A stretch of 64,000 nt of DNA from Octopus bimaculoides (lineage: Eukaryota). A model generated the notes under the pieces. The model made no database searches and was not told where the DNA came from. It saw only the letters and a program-made list of their open reading frames with translations. The position numbers and the translations under genes are program-made. Below are positions 28,613 to 40,600 of this stretch, piece after piece. The first letter of the stretch is position 1, and the number at the start of each line of letters is the position of its first letter. The stretch covers positions 36,432,296-36,496,295 of the forward strand of contig NC_068990.1 in assembly GCF_001194135.2 (NCBI RefSeq). Reading direction: 5' to 3'.

Positions 28613-29724
28613 TGTGTGTGTGTGCGTGTGTGTGTCTGTGTGTGTGTATGTATTCATGCACATAGGTATTCACATATTGGTCATCAACACCAAACTTCAG
28701 ATGCAAGGAATTATGTATATATATATATATATATAATTACACAAATACATTCACAAGAACACGCATGTGCACGCGCACGCGCGCGCGCACACACACACAC
28801 ACATAAAACCAAAGCATTCATATGTACATATACACCATCACATACACAGAAACACAGAAACACATGGATACACCTCCCTACATACATATCACAGCTTGTC
28901 ACACCCACTCACCCAGCCACACATCAATCGATCCATCGTTTGTTCATCTAAAATTCTGCTGTTTGTTTGTTGTGATCTTGTCCTTATAAAACATGATGTT
29001 TAAGATAGCTGACTGCCAAAAATACGTAATCCTAATTCAGCCAATCTCTTTCTCAAACAACCTTTGCTGTTTCGTTGCTTCAAATTTTCAGAGGCAGCCC
29101 AAATTTTTGATACATAGCCATATTTAATCTTTTGTTTTCATAATCTAACAGTACATATATTATATTTAGAGCATTTAAGAAGAAAGATTTTAGCTAAAAA
29201 GAATGTTTCTTATCTATCTCATCACATCTCTCTCTTTTAAGTCCCCACCACGCTCTCATTCCCTCCAATGTTCATCGCCTCGTACCTTCCTTTGGCCAAA
29301 TTTTTGGATTGACCATTCAGATCTAGTATATAAATATAAAACAGATAGAGCAGCAACAGAATAAAAGAACAAAAAGGAAAAGTCAGAAAATAAAGAAAAA
29401 GAAATAGAGATAAATTTTGATGGAAGTTCTGAAGTTACGAAGAAATAAAAGTGATTTGATATAAATCTGATTCTTTATTCAACTTTTATTGTCTTTTATG
29501 ACATGTTAGCATTTATAGGAAGGACATGTATTGAGAAAACCAAGTTTGGTTCCGTTAACAAACGTAGTAAATAACTCAAGATTTGGTACCAGAAAACCAT
29601 ACTTAATTGCAGTTAAATTTCCATCTGAAGTTCTGACATTTGGAAAAGTTTGATGAAAAATTTAATAATTCATATGTAAATTGTATTCATTCATTCTTTT
29701 GACAAGTTAGTGCAGAGGGGGATA

Positions 29725-29755
<31 letters not shown>

Positions 29756-30014
29756 ATCTTTTGTAGACAAATAGCTTGTTCCAAGTTTGTTGAATCCCTT
29801 CAGGGTTGATAAATTAAGTACCAGTGAAACACTGGGGTCGATGTAATCAGCTAATCCCCTCCCCCAAATTTCAAATACATTTGAGTATAAAATAGATCGT
29901 TTAATTTTTGTTGTTATAATTTGGTTAAATTGATTATAGGTATGTATTTCTTTAGAATATAGGTAATAACAGTTGAACATTATATAGTATATGTATATAT
30001 ATAATATATGTACC

Positions 30015-30225
30015 TCCTGACTGGCCTTTGTGCCAGTGGCACATAAAAGCACCCACTACGCTCTCGGAGTGGTTGGCGTTAGGAAGGGCATCCAGCTGTA
30101 GAAACTCTGCCAAATCAGATTGGAGCCTGGTGTAGCCATCTGGTTCACCAGTCCTCAGTCAAATCGTCCAACCCATGCTAGCATGGAAAGCGGATGTTAA
30201 ACGATGATGATAATGATGATGATAT
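30015..30225 (+). mobile_element. Young RTE 3'-UTR copy (single hairpin unit)
   Basis: cctgactggcctttgtgccagtggcacataaaagcacccactacgctctcggagtggttggcgttaggaagggcatccagctgtagaaac...(gat)n. Confidence 0.92.
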
Positions 30226-30649
30226 ATATATATATATATATATGAAGTGTAGTATATTATTATTATTAAAACTATTAAAACTTAAGTGTTCAGTTCTATT
30301 GTCTCCTTGACAGGATGAGGAGTCTTAATGTTTAAATTGGGGTTTTGGTTTTGACTGTTATCATCATCATCATTTAACGTCCATTTTCCATGTTGGCATG
30401 GGTTGGACGGTTTGGACGGTTTGACAGGAGCTGGCCAGCTGAAGAGCTGCCTAGGCTGGATGCCCTTATGCTTACATATGTACACACACATACTTATATG
30501 TACCGTTCTATGTTGTGTGGTATAATTACATAGTAATTTGCTGAAAATTCTAAAGAGAGTAACGAAGTTACTGACACACATTTGCCTGGTACATTGCATG
30601 GATCTAACTATTTACAAAGAAACACATTGAAGTTGCTGTAACTCTTGTC

Positions 30650-30845
30650 CCATCTCAGTTCAGCTCTGACCAAACAGACCTGGTAATCCCCAAAAATGAC
30701 ATTCCAGCTATGATCATCCTAACATACTTTTATGACCACAATATCTTATGACGTGTCCTTCATTTTGTTTTTAAGACAGTCAGTGGTGACGGGAAGTTAA
30801 TTGGCTGTTATTTCTAGCGTTTCGAGTGACCACCTAGTAGTTGCC
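30650..30845 (+). mobile_element. Interspersed repeat family F (unclassified, SINE-sized)
   Basis: ctgaccaaacagacct...cattccagctatgatcatcc...ttggctgttatttctagc recurs at ~40035-40240, 53790-53960 and 59140-59300, and reversed at ~14900-14995. Confidence 0.65.
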
Positions 30846-32012
30846 TTATCTCTCAGGGTTCTGAATCTCATCATTCCTGGCAGTGCAAGAATTAGATAAG
30901 GTAAAATGAATTCATTAGGTGAATTTGTAAATGAAGTGAATTGTCTTCAACTTGGAATTGAAACCATATTTCAGAATTCACTCACCCAGATCTAACTTGC
31001 TGTTCCACTCTGCTCCAGTAGTAAACATTCTCACAGAAATAAATCAAAACTATTTATTTTGCAACCTTCATATCATTTCTCTCTCTCCCCACCCCTCTTT
31101 TTTTCTCTCTCTCTCTCTGTATGTATCATTCTATAGCCACCTACCTCAGCCATGTGAATCATATAATTTATCATATACTCCAATTTCATTTTGGTGGTGA
31201 TTCTGGTGGTGGTGATGGTGGTAGCGGTGTCGGTGACAGTAGTGGTGGTAGGAAGAGTGTGTGTAAATGGAAGGGTTATTTATGGCCAATATTATCAGGT
31301 AGTGGTGTTATGGGATAGGAGTAGAGAAGAAGTCTTCTTGATAAGGGATGAGTGCCTCTCTGTGTGTATGTGTGCGTGTGTAACTGGTGAAGTTTTTTTT
31401 TTGCTTTTCCAGAAACAGACTATTCTATATATGTATGTACATATACATACACAAACACACACGTATATAAATACATATATATATTCTCATGTACACACAC
31501 ACACACACACACACATACACACAGATGCTTTATTGCTTATACTGTGTTTGCTTTATATTGCATTCTTTCATCCATACCTATTACTGATGTCTCGATCACT
31601 CTTTCCTCTTCTCAGCTCCGACTGCTGAGATTCTGCTGTGGCTAACAGTGGCACTAGATCTCTTCTGTTTGCTGTACATTGATGCTTGTGTAAGTAAGGT
31701 GCCACTGCACCTATTCAGATCTTGTCCACAACACACCTCTGTGTCACTCCCGGGCACCTCCATCACCAGTCTCATTACTTGATCCCCGTCTTGAAGCTTA
31801 TGGATTGGTAAACCAGATTAGACCACTTGGTCCCAGCTCACTCTACATTCTCTGTTTCCTTCTGAACAGCCTCTCATCAACTTGTGTCACTCTGACTGCT
31901 GGCATACTCTCATACCTTTTCCCCCCTGACATTTTAGGTCCCAGACAACACTTGTTCTCCTGAACCACATAAAGTTCTATCATTCCCCTTATTATTTCAG
32001 TAATGTTCCCAT

Positions 32013-32086
32013 GGGCATATGGCGTAGTGGTTAAGAATGCATGCTTCTAACCCCAAGATTCTGAGTTCGATTCCAGGCAGTGACCC

Positions 32087-32142
<56 letters not shown>

Positions 32143-32280
32143 TCGAAAAATACCTTAGGAATGAGAACCCAGGTTTGAAATTTCCTCAAGACACCTGATC
32201 AAAGCTGGAGGGTATATCAACCGAAACATTGTGTTAACAAGAAACAAGATGAGGACAAATATCCGTCAAATGTAAATAAT
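32013..32280 (+). mobile_element. tRNA-headed SINE whose 3' tail contains a degenerate hammerhead ribozyme motif
   Basis: Box A TGGCGTAGTGG (32020-32030), box B GTTCGATTCC (32065-32074), (AAT)n spacer, then gacac-CTGATCA-a-agctg..caacc-GAAAC-ATT-gtgtt (32190-32235). Confidence 0.72.
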
Positions 32281-32405
32281 GAGTATATATATACTTGAGT
32301 AGATATATATATATGGGAGAATATACAAAAAAACAACAACAGATGAGGACAGGTGGTGTAAATAACAAAAGGATGTATTAGTATGACGCTCGGGAATACG
32401 GAAAG

Positions 32406-32442
32406 TCTTTGACGTTTCGAGCTATGCTCTTCAACAGAAAGA
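32406..32442 (-). ncRNA. Minimal type I hammerhead ribozyme motif (Penelope type)
   Basis: Minus strand UCUUU-CUGUUGA-A-GAGC-AUA-GCUC-GAAAC-GUC-AAAGA: perfect 5-bp stem I, 4-bp stem II, palindromic ACGU stem III, GUC cleavage triplet; A6U core variant. Confidence 0.75.
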
Positions 32443-32620
32443 ATACGGAGACAAGGAGAAAAACACGGAGAAAAAAAATTGAATAGTGTCCAGTCAACAG
32501 TCAATTACTGAGAATTTATTATGCATCCCTCTCATCACTATCACTGAGGCCTTTATCACTTATGTATTTTATTCTGTGAAGTTCGTTGGTGAGTAGAAGG
32601 ACCTGGCTTAGTGGTTAGGG

Positions 32621-32747
32621 CAGTGTTTCTCAACCTTTTTACCCTCGCGTAACCCTTAAAATAATTACATGCCTCAAGGAACCCCTGCAAAAAAAATTAT
32701 ATACCATATCTTTCTCATATTTTTTCATAGTTCACATGGTAAATATT

Positions 32748-32790
<43 letters not shown>

Positions 32791-34340
32791 CATATATAAT
32801 CATGAAGAAAAAGTACTCAATACATAAATTTAATAACCAGCAATTAAAACTATGATTTTGCATTATCATTACTCAGAGTTTCACATTCAAGCTTTTTGAC
32901 ATAACCAAGGAGTAAATAATAAAAGGGAAACTTCTTTAAGTAATATAGTTTACTTGTCAAAATAAAACTTATAAATGCTGTAATTCTAAGATTTAAATGT
33001 CCGTAGTGTAACACTGAAAATACTTGGAATATGATGATTTTTACAGCGTTTAGAGCCACAAGGGTTAAGATAAAAATGTAACTGTTATAGTAAGAACACC
33101 ATGAATTGAAACAAGTAAAGAAATTTGAGGATATCTGATAAAGAAAAGAAAGGAAAGAATAAAGATGTAACAAAACAAGAAATGGATAAGAAAAAGTAGA
33201 AGAGCAAGAGGTAACAAGAATTATAAAACATTCATCTCCATATTGTAAATTTCTTGGTGACACAAGAAAATGAGAAAAAGTCACAATAAGTTAAATAAAA
33301 GAAGAAAAAGATAGAGAGATGGGGTGGGGTGGGGGGACTGATGATGACAGAGATCTGTACTAACAGTACCGGAAAACCTGCTGATCATAATTTAAATAAA
33401 AATAAAATGAAAGTGTGAACAAAATTCCGTAGGCAAGACATGATTTGAGTTCTAGTTCTAATTATATAAAAAAAAAGAAAATTTTATTGACAGCATGCAA
33501 TTCAAATATGAAATACCTTTGAACATCTCTTACTTAAAAGCAAATATTTGATATAAAAATTCAGGTTTGCAGAAACCTAAGTATTCATAGAATATTCACA
33601 GTACTTCAATGACCTTCTGAAAATGACTAAGGGATTTCAAAACAATTTTGGCTATAATAATAAAGTACTTTTATTGCAGAATGTACTTGTTTGGTATTGA
33701 TATTTTGAAATAAACTCATTTTTTTTTCTTTGATTCAATAATTTGAGATAGCTCGCTATACAAAACATTTTTTATGAGTGCTTTAACAGTACAATCCAGA
33801 TTTTCCAGAATGTGGTATTGCAAATTTGAACACTCTCCATAGAATCATAAAGTTAGTGTTACCTTTAGGTTTTGCACCTTCTAAGAAAGAGATGTTGTGT
33901 TTCTTTCCTCAAAATGACTTAAAGAAAATGAGAAAAGGTGTCCACAGCTGTCTTATCAATATACTAAATCCTTTCTGACCTAGTTGACATTAAAAGGAAT
34001 TGAATAGATATTGTCAGAATTGCATTGGGTTTGATTATCAGACTTGAGGGCATTTCTCTAATATCTTCTGCTGCTGTCAGAAATGAGATTCTGAAGGGTT
34101 CTAGAATAGCTTTAGCTAACTTTCAAATAATTCTTGTAAAAGATCTTGCTGTACCAAGGACTGATTGAGAAGAACCACTGTACATATTTTAAAAAATTTC
34201 TTGCAATACATGGTTAACATTGACCAACAATGGTCCTACACACACACATATTTGAAACTTCCAGGTATCTTTCCAAATTCTCTAGAATCCTTTCTCCACT
34301 TCTTTTTTTCAGGCAATTATAGGATGGGAATGGTTAGAAT
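32621..34340 (-). mobile_element. Heavily decayed Charlie-type hAT transposon
   Basis: Terminal cagtgtttctcaacc at 32621; minus-strand traces KGN.LT.FYD (~33850-33880) and YGHLNLRIT (~32980-33010) resemble Charlie/SCAND3 transposase; boundaries approximate. Confidence 0.5.
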
Positions 34341-34494
34341 GCTTTTGATGATTAGTTCAATAAGGTAACAATTGTTCTATAAGAGAGTTTAATAACGTGA
34401 GTGTAGTGACTTTGACTGTACATTATTAAATGATGAAGGAATTAGGGTGAAGTGTTGGTGAAGGGAAGAGAGTAGATGATGAGAAATTTCAGTC

Positions 34495-34925
34495 CCAGGA
34501 GTGGCTGTGTGGTAAGTAGCTTGCTTACCAACCACATGGTTCCAGGTTCAGTCCCACTGCATGGCACCTTGGGCCAGTGTCTTCTACTATAGCCTCGGGC
34601 CGACCAAAGCCTTGTGAGTGGATTTGGTAGACGGAAACTGAAAGAAGCCCATCGTACATATGTATATGTATATATATATATATATGTGTGTGTGTTCGTG
34701 TGTGTGCGTGTTTGTGTGTCTGTGTTTGTCCCTCCAGCATCGCTTGACAACTGATGCTGGTGTGTTTACGTCCCTGTAACTTAGCGGTTCGGCAAAAGAG
34801 ACCGATAGAATAAGTACTAGGCTTACAACGAATAAGTCCTGAGGTCGATTTGCTTGACTAAAGGCGGTGCTTCAGCATGGCCACAGTCAAATGACTGAAA
34901 GAAATAAAAGAGTAAAAGAGTAATA
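34495..34925 (+). mobile_element. Complete family-B tRNA/CORE SINE
   Basis: Box A TGGCTGTGTGG, box B GGTTCAGTCCC, CORE-like gcaccttgggccagtgtcttc, internal (TA)n(TG)n and (aaagagta)n-type tail. Confidence 0.92.
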
Positions 34926-36365
34926 AACTGGTCAAATGGAAGAAATCCTGAACCAAATGAATTTGTTCTGTCTTTAGACTTATGATGCGATATACTTGAA
35001 TTCTAATTTCTTGAACAAACAACAAGCTAGAAAATGATAAAAGAAAAGCACTCCTGCTCCTCTACTAACTCTTTTCCATACATAAGCATATGCATATACA
35101 TACGTACAAATACTGATTCTAATCAACTGAATTGTTGATGAACCTGTTTCCTTATTTTCACTCTCTGTCTTATCTCAAACCTATCTTTTTTTGTTACCTT
35201 TTAATCAGAAGGAAAGAAGTAAAAGAAGGAGCTTTTTGTAATACTGGAGACCTGGCTTGAATACTTGCACCAGGATGAAGTCCGCCTAAAGACGACTAAA
35301 GTGCCAAGAGGTAGGAATAAATCAGGTGATAAATTACATCTGTCACCTCAAAGACATTTTCAATGTAAAATTTATGCAAAATATTTCCCAAGTTTATCAG
35401 GACTTTTATAAACTCATATTTAGCTTTATTTTCATGCTGCTGAGGAAATGTGAGATATATTTCATCTTGTTTGAGTAATGTGCTAATGTATTAGCAGTAA
35501 AATTTGTACCAATTAGATCGGAGGTAAATTAATTCCAGAATTTAGGTAAATGATAGAATGTGAAATGAAGCATTCTAGCCACCCACAAAATACAAGATAC
35601 TGTATAGGAAATTGAAATCTAAGACCCACAGACAGGTAGGTCTCCTGCACATAATCTTAGAAATATAAAATTTAAGAGAATTGCATCATCATTCTAAAAT
35701 CATAAAAAAATTAATCATGGTTTTGTTTAACATCAGGGTTAATGCGCCAGAAAATAATGATCTTTATGGTTAGGATGCAAGTCTGCTGTAGATTATTTTC
35801 CTAGGAAAATAATAATGTTGAATAATTCTGCTAAATTATCCTGTTTTCTTTATTATTAACAAATGTTCTGTCTAGAAGAGATTTATCTCACATCTGTATA
35901 ATACTACAAAACATGAATATAAATGCTGGCACCATGATTCCTTGTAATTCCAGAAAAGAATTACAAGCAATCATGTGAAGCACCATTCCAAGGGTTTCAT
36001 TCCCAGTTCTCATTTTACTAACATTAAAGAGTGTGTATATACATTCATACACATATAATACGCATATTCACACACATAGTAATTGATTTGTCATTGAGAC
36101 GTGTGTGTGTGTGTGTGTGTGTGTAATATTTTAGCAAATATATCTAATTTTTTATCCTTTCCTAATGTACTTATTTGTAAGTCTGGTGCTTATTCTACCG
36201 GTCTTTTTTTGCTGCATTGATAAGTTATGGGGATGTAAGCAAACCAACATTTGCTGTCAAGCAGTAGTGGTGGGGGACAGAGACAAACACAAGACACACA
36301 AACATCCATCCATCCATCCATCCATCCATCCATCCATCCATCCATCCATCCATACATACATACAT

Positions 36366-36650
36366 AGCTGTCCAGCCGATGTTATCATAAAGCTGAAGAT
36401 CAGTGAAAAAGAGAACACCTATGCTGAACTATTGAGAAACTTGCAGTTACTCTATCCAGATTACAAGTTCAGGTTTATACCTGTAATTATTGAGGCCCCG
36501 GGAAATGTAACACACTGCCTAAATACCAATTTTGAGAAATGAGTCTTCTCAAAACCAGAGAGGAGAAAGCTAATTCAAAGACTACAGATCTAATCCATCA
36601 CTGGAACTGTAAAAATCTGTAAAACCTTCCAGAAGTTTATCATTTAAATA
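36366..36650 (+). mobile_element. 3' end of an RLE-type (R4/NeSL-like) non-LTR retrotransposon ORF
   Basis: [46 protein letters not shown]...ITGTVKICKTF, a restriction-like endonuclease C-terminus. Confidence 0.75.
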
Positions 36651-36870
36651 TACATGAGCATGTCTAGATATGTAACTATATGCATGAGGATACATACATA
36701 AAACATACATACATACATACATACATACAAACAAAAATATCATGTGGTTGATGTTGAAACTCCAATGAAGGAACCTTGGATTTAGGTTAGAAACCAGTTC
36801 TTTCTCTATTAGCAAGAAATCTTGAAATAAACTGAATAATGACATACATACATACATGCATTCATACATA

Positions 36871-38069
36871 CAGTGTGTGTCCGTTTTTTGAAGACACTTC
36901 TTTCAAGAGCTCTAACTGTCTTCTAATGTTTTTGTTATCCTACTTTTCAGATAAATAATGTCAGACATCAGGTTGACTCAGCAAATGAAAAGGCATGCTG
37001 TAATTGTTGCCTAAAACTGAAAGATAATGATAATGAGATAGCTTGATTCCTAAAAGTTGCCCAATCTTTCATTGTAAAAGTTTGAAAGGAGCTCAGCAGT
37101 AATGCAAAATGCATGCACAGGGTCCTAATGTCATCAGAACACAAAATTTTGTACAAAAAGTTCAAGTCATAATTGATAAAAAAACCCAGAAAGTCAATCA
37201 GAACTATTACAAAGGACCTCAAAGTTTCAGAATGCACCATCAGAAAGGTTGTGCATGAGAATATCCAGTACAAACTGTATGTGCTGTGGAGGGGTCAGTT
37301 TATGTCAGATGTGACAAGAGAGAACTTTTTGATCTATGAGAGGTACTTGCTAAATAAGTTACAACACCAAGGAGCTGGAATACTTCGGTTTTTGCTCTGA
37401 TTTGGAAAACTTCGATCAGGACCGATAGGTAAATGGAAGGAATAACCATCTATTGGTGGTTATGTAGAAGCCTGTATGAAAGTCCAACATTCATGCATAT
37501 TAAATTCCAAGCAACTGTGATGTCTCTGGGAATTGTCAGCAATGAGATAGATGTCATATCTTCTCACTTTCTTTCACAGGGCTTAAGAGTCGATGCTGCT
37601 GTCTACACAGAGGGGTCGGAGAAAACTGCAAGGCCCTACATAGAATATGCATCAGATGACCATACGTCTTCCTACAAGACTCTGCACTGTCTCATAAGGC
37701 AAGTGTGGATGCATGTCAGTCTCTATGATCATGTCTTCCCAAACACATGGCTTTCTAGCTCACTAGACCTCAATCCACTGGACTATTACATATGCGGTAT
37801 AGTAAAAAAAGACCATACAATCTCCCAAGTCCTCAATAGCCAGCACTATGTCCAAAATAAAAAAAGGTCATCTAATTTAGGCACGTCAATGCTTCCAATA
37901 TCGTATTGAAGCAGCCAGTGATGCTAACAATAGATTCCTTAAATAGGTGTGATAAAAGGATTCTCAAGATTATTTGTACCAATTTGTTTTCAAATACAAC
38001 TTTTCTTTAGTGAGCTATGCATGTTTTTCTAAATTCATACAAATGACTTCACAAATCAGATGCACTCTA
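36871..38069 (+). mobile_element. Full-length decayed maT-like (DD37D) transposon
   Basis: Degenerate TIRs cagtgtgtgtccgttttttgaagacac versus rc tagagtgcatctgatttgtgaagtcat; PRKSIRTITKDLKVSECTIRKVVHE, SDLENFDQD, MHIKFQATVMSLGIVSNE, SSLDLNPLDYYICG. Confidence 0.85.
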
Positions 38070-38114
38070 CACAAACACACACGCATACACACATATATAC
38101 ACATACATATACAG

Positions 38115-38400
38115 TAGGCATCTTTCAGTTTCTTATTTCTTTATTGCCCACAAGGGGCTATACACAGAGGGGACAAACAAGGACAGACAAACGGACTAAG
38201 TCGATTATATCGCCCCCAGTGCTTAACTGGTACTTACAAGGACAGACAAAAGGACTAAGTCGATTATATCGCCCCCAGTGCTTAACTGGTACTTAATTTA
38301 TTGACCTTGAAAGGATGAAAGGCAAAGTCGACCTTGGTGGACAAAATACCGCTAAGCATTTCGCCCAGCATGCTAATGTTTCTGCCAGCTTGCCACCTTA
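38115..38400 (-). mobile_element. Family-D tRNA SINE with box-B deletion and 59-bp internal tandem duplication
   Basis: Head aaggtggcaagctggcagaaac; gtcgactttgcctttcatcctttc core; 38178-38236 repeated at 38237-38295 with one mismatch. Confidence 0.88.
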
Positions 38401-38427
38401 AAAGTTTGTGGATCTAGTTACTAACAG

Positions 38428-38573
38428 CATCTTTCAGTTTCTGTCAACTAAATCCATTCACAAGGTTTTGGTTGACCTGGGGCTATAGTAGAACACACTT
38501 GGCAAAGGTGCCACCTGGGACTGAACTTGGAACCATGCAGTTAGGAAGTGAACTTCTGACCAAACACCCATAC
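38428..38573 (-). mobile_element. Family-B SINE 5' half, decayed
   Basis: Reverse complement of ...cacaaggttttggttgacctggggctatagtagaacacacttggcaaaggtgcc...gggactgaac. Confidence 0.78.
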
Positions 38574-39065
38574 TACATACTGCATAATGAACTGAATTAC
38601 CTATTCATTAAATTAGAATGTAGGTAGCTGAGTATTTCACAGACACATATACCTTTGATGTAGTTCTGAGACACAATCAGCAGCACACATTTTGTAACAA
38701 GGCTGGGCCTTTGAATTGCAGGCATTGTCTGCCTGAAGGACTTTCATATAATTTCTGCAAATTCCCTTCTTGTTGAAAGGGTTGGCTTGAACTCGGTCTC
38801 TAGTAAAAGAGACTTGTCAAAGGAGCTGTGCAATGGGATTGAACCTATTGCTTCATGATTTCAAAGCAAACTTCTTAACCATCCATCCATCCATCCATCC
38901 ATGCCTCCATTCATGTACTCATATACACACTTGTATCTGCATATATACAATGTGCATGAATATTGCATGCATACCACATATATATTTATCAGTACACATC
39001 CATCTATACATATATACATGCATACATACATATACATATATACCTAAACATTTATGTATATATGT

Positions 39066-39202
<137 letters not shown>

Positions 39203-39699
39203 TATGAGTATGTACATATAACATATATATATTTTAATATTTTTCTTCTAATACTGAGAACCAATTTTCTAAAGCCAAAATACGAAGTCTATTTATTGAA
39301 AAAGGTTCTTGTTCAAACAATAGTGAACTAGATATTCTGTCATTCTGCCAGCCTGGACTAGCAATTATCCTTTAGATTGTTCAGGTCATAACTTGATCCA
39401 CTGAATACAATCATGTGGATGAAATGTGGCTGAATAGAGAGAGAGAAATCTCTTGCTGACCATTATCTGCGAGAAAGAAAACATGAAACTCGCTTTTAAG
39501 AATCACTGAATAAAATTGATGGACGCTAACAGTTCCAATATAATCAGAAATTGTGAAGTGAGTGTGTCTGTGGGTCTGGTAGCGGGGAGGGACGTACAAT
39601 GGATAAAACGTGGTTTTGATGCGTATTTATTTTTGCTAAATGAATAAACAAAACACGGCATGCATGCACGCACGCACATGCCTGCATTGATACATATAC

Positions 39700-39733
<34 letters not shown>

Positions 39734-39734
39734 A

Positions 39735-39784
<50 letters not shown>

Positions 39785-40417
39785 TGCATATATATGCATG
39801 TGTGTGTATATATATATACACACACATGTATACTAATGCTTGCACTCACACACACACACAGATATATGTCTACACATTCATGTATACACATATAACTCCA
39901 ATATTCATTATATACACAGAACTATTGTTTACTTTATATGAAAAGTCCATGATTAATATGTATCATGAATCAATGAATCAATCATTCAATATCTCCATTG
40001 TTGTTGTTGCTGTTGTTGTTGCTTCGCCCAAGTTTAGTTCTGATCAAATATACCTATGGCCAAAATTATTCTGCTTGTGACCAACACATCACGTGCTATT
40101 CTTCAGTCGTATTCTAACTAAGGATAACTATAACTTAAGGTGCCTTGCTTATCTTAGTAAATTATTTATCCAGTTCTTTCAATTTCTCAAGACATTAGGA
40201 TTTGATTTGAAGAGTGATTTGGCTGTTATTTCTAGAAAACTGAGGAACTGTATAGAGGGCCCCCTTATTGGCACATCATTATCTAAGGTAGCGGATAAAA
40301 AGAAATTGTAGGCTTTTGAACCAATTTACCACCACCAAAACAATAATGATAATAATAATAATAACAACAATAATAATAATAACAACAATAATAATAATAA
40401 CAACAATAATAATAATG

Positions 40418-40600
40418 GTTTCAGATTTTGGCACAAGGCCAGCAAGTTTGGGGGAGCGTATAAGTTGACTCCAGTGTTCAGCTGGTACTTGTTTTATCGA
40501 CTCTGGCAGGATGAAAGGCAAAGTTGACCTCAGTGGAATGTGAACTCAGAACGTGGTGCATTTTGCCTGGCGTACTTACGATTCTGCCAGCTCACTGCCA
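40418..40600 (-). mobile_element. Family-D tRNA SINE
   Basis: ctggtacttgttttatcgactctggcaggatgaaaggcaaagttgacc...gaactcagaacg...ctgccagctcactgcc. Confidence 0.82.

Noticed and set aside
32013-32090. tRNA gene
   Set aside because: Boxes A and B are present but no acceptor stem closes and there is no T-run terminator; it continues into (AAT)n and a SINE body
34313-34364. Plus-strand exon candidate (tttttttcag ... AAG|GTAACA)
   Set aside because: Lies at the edge of the antisense hAT relic, whose A-run explains the pyrimidine tract; the peptide is unconvincing
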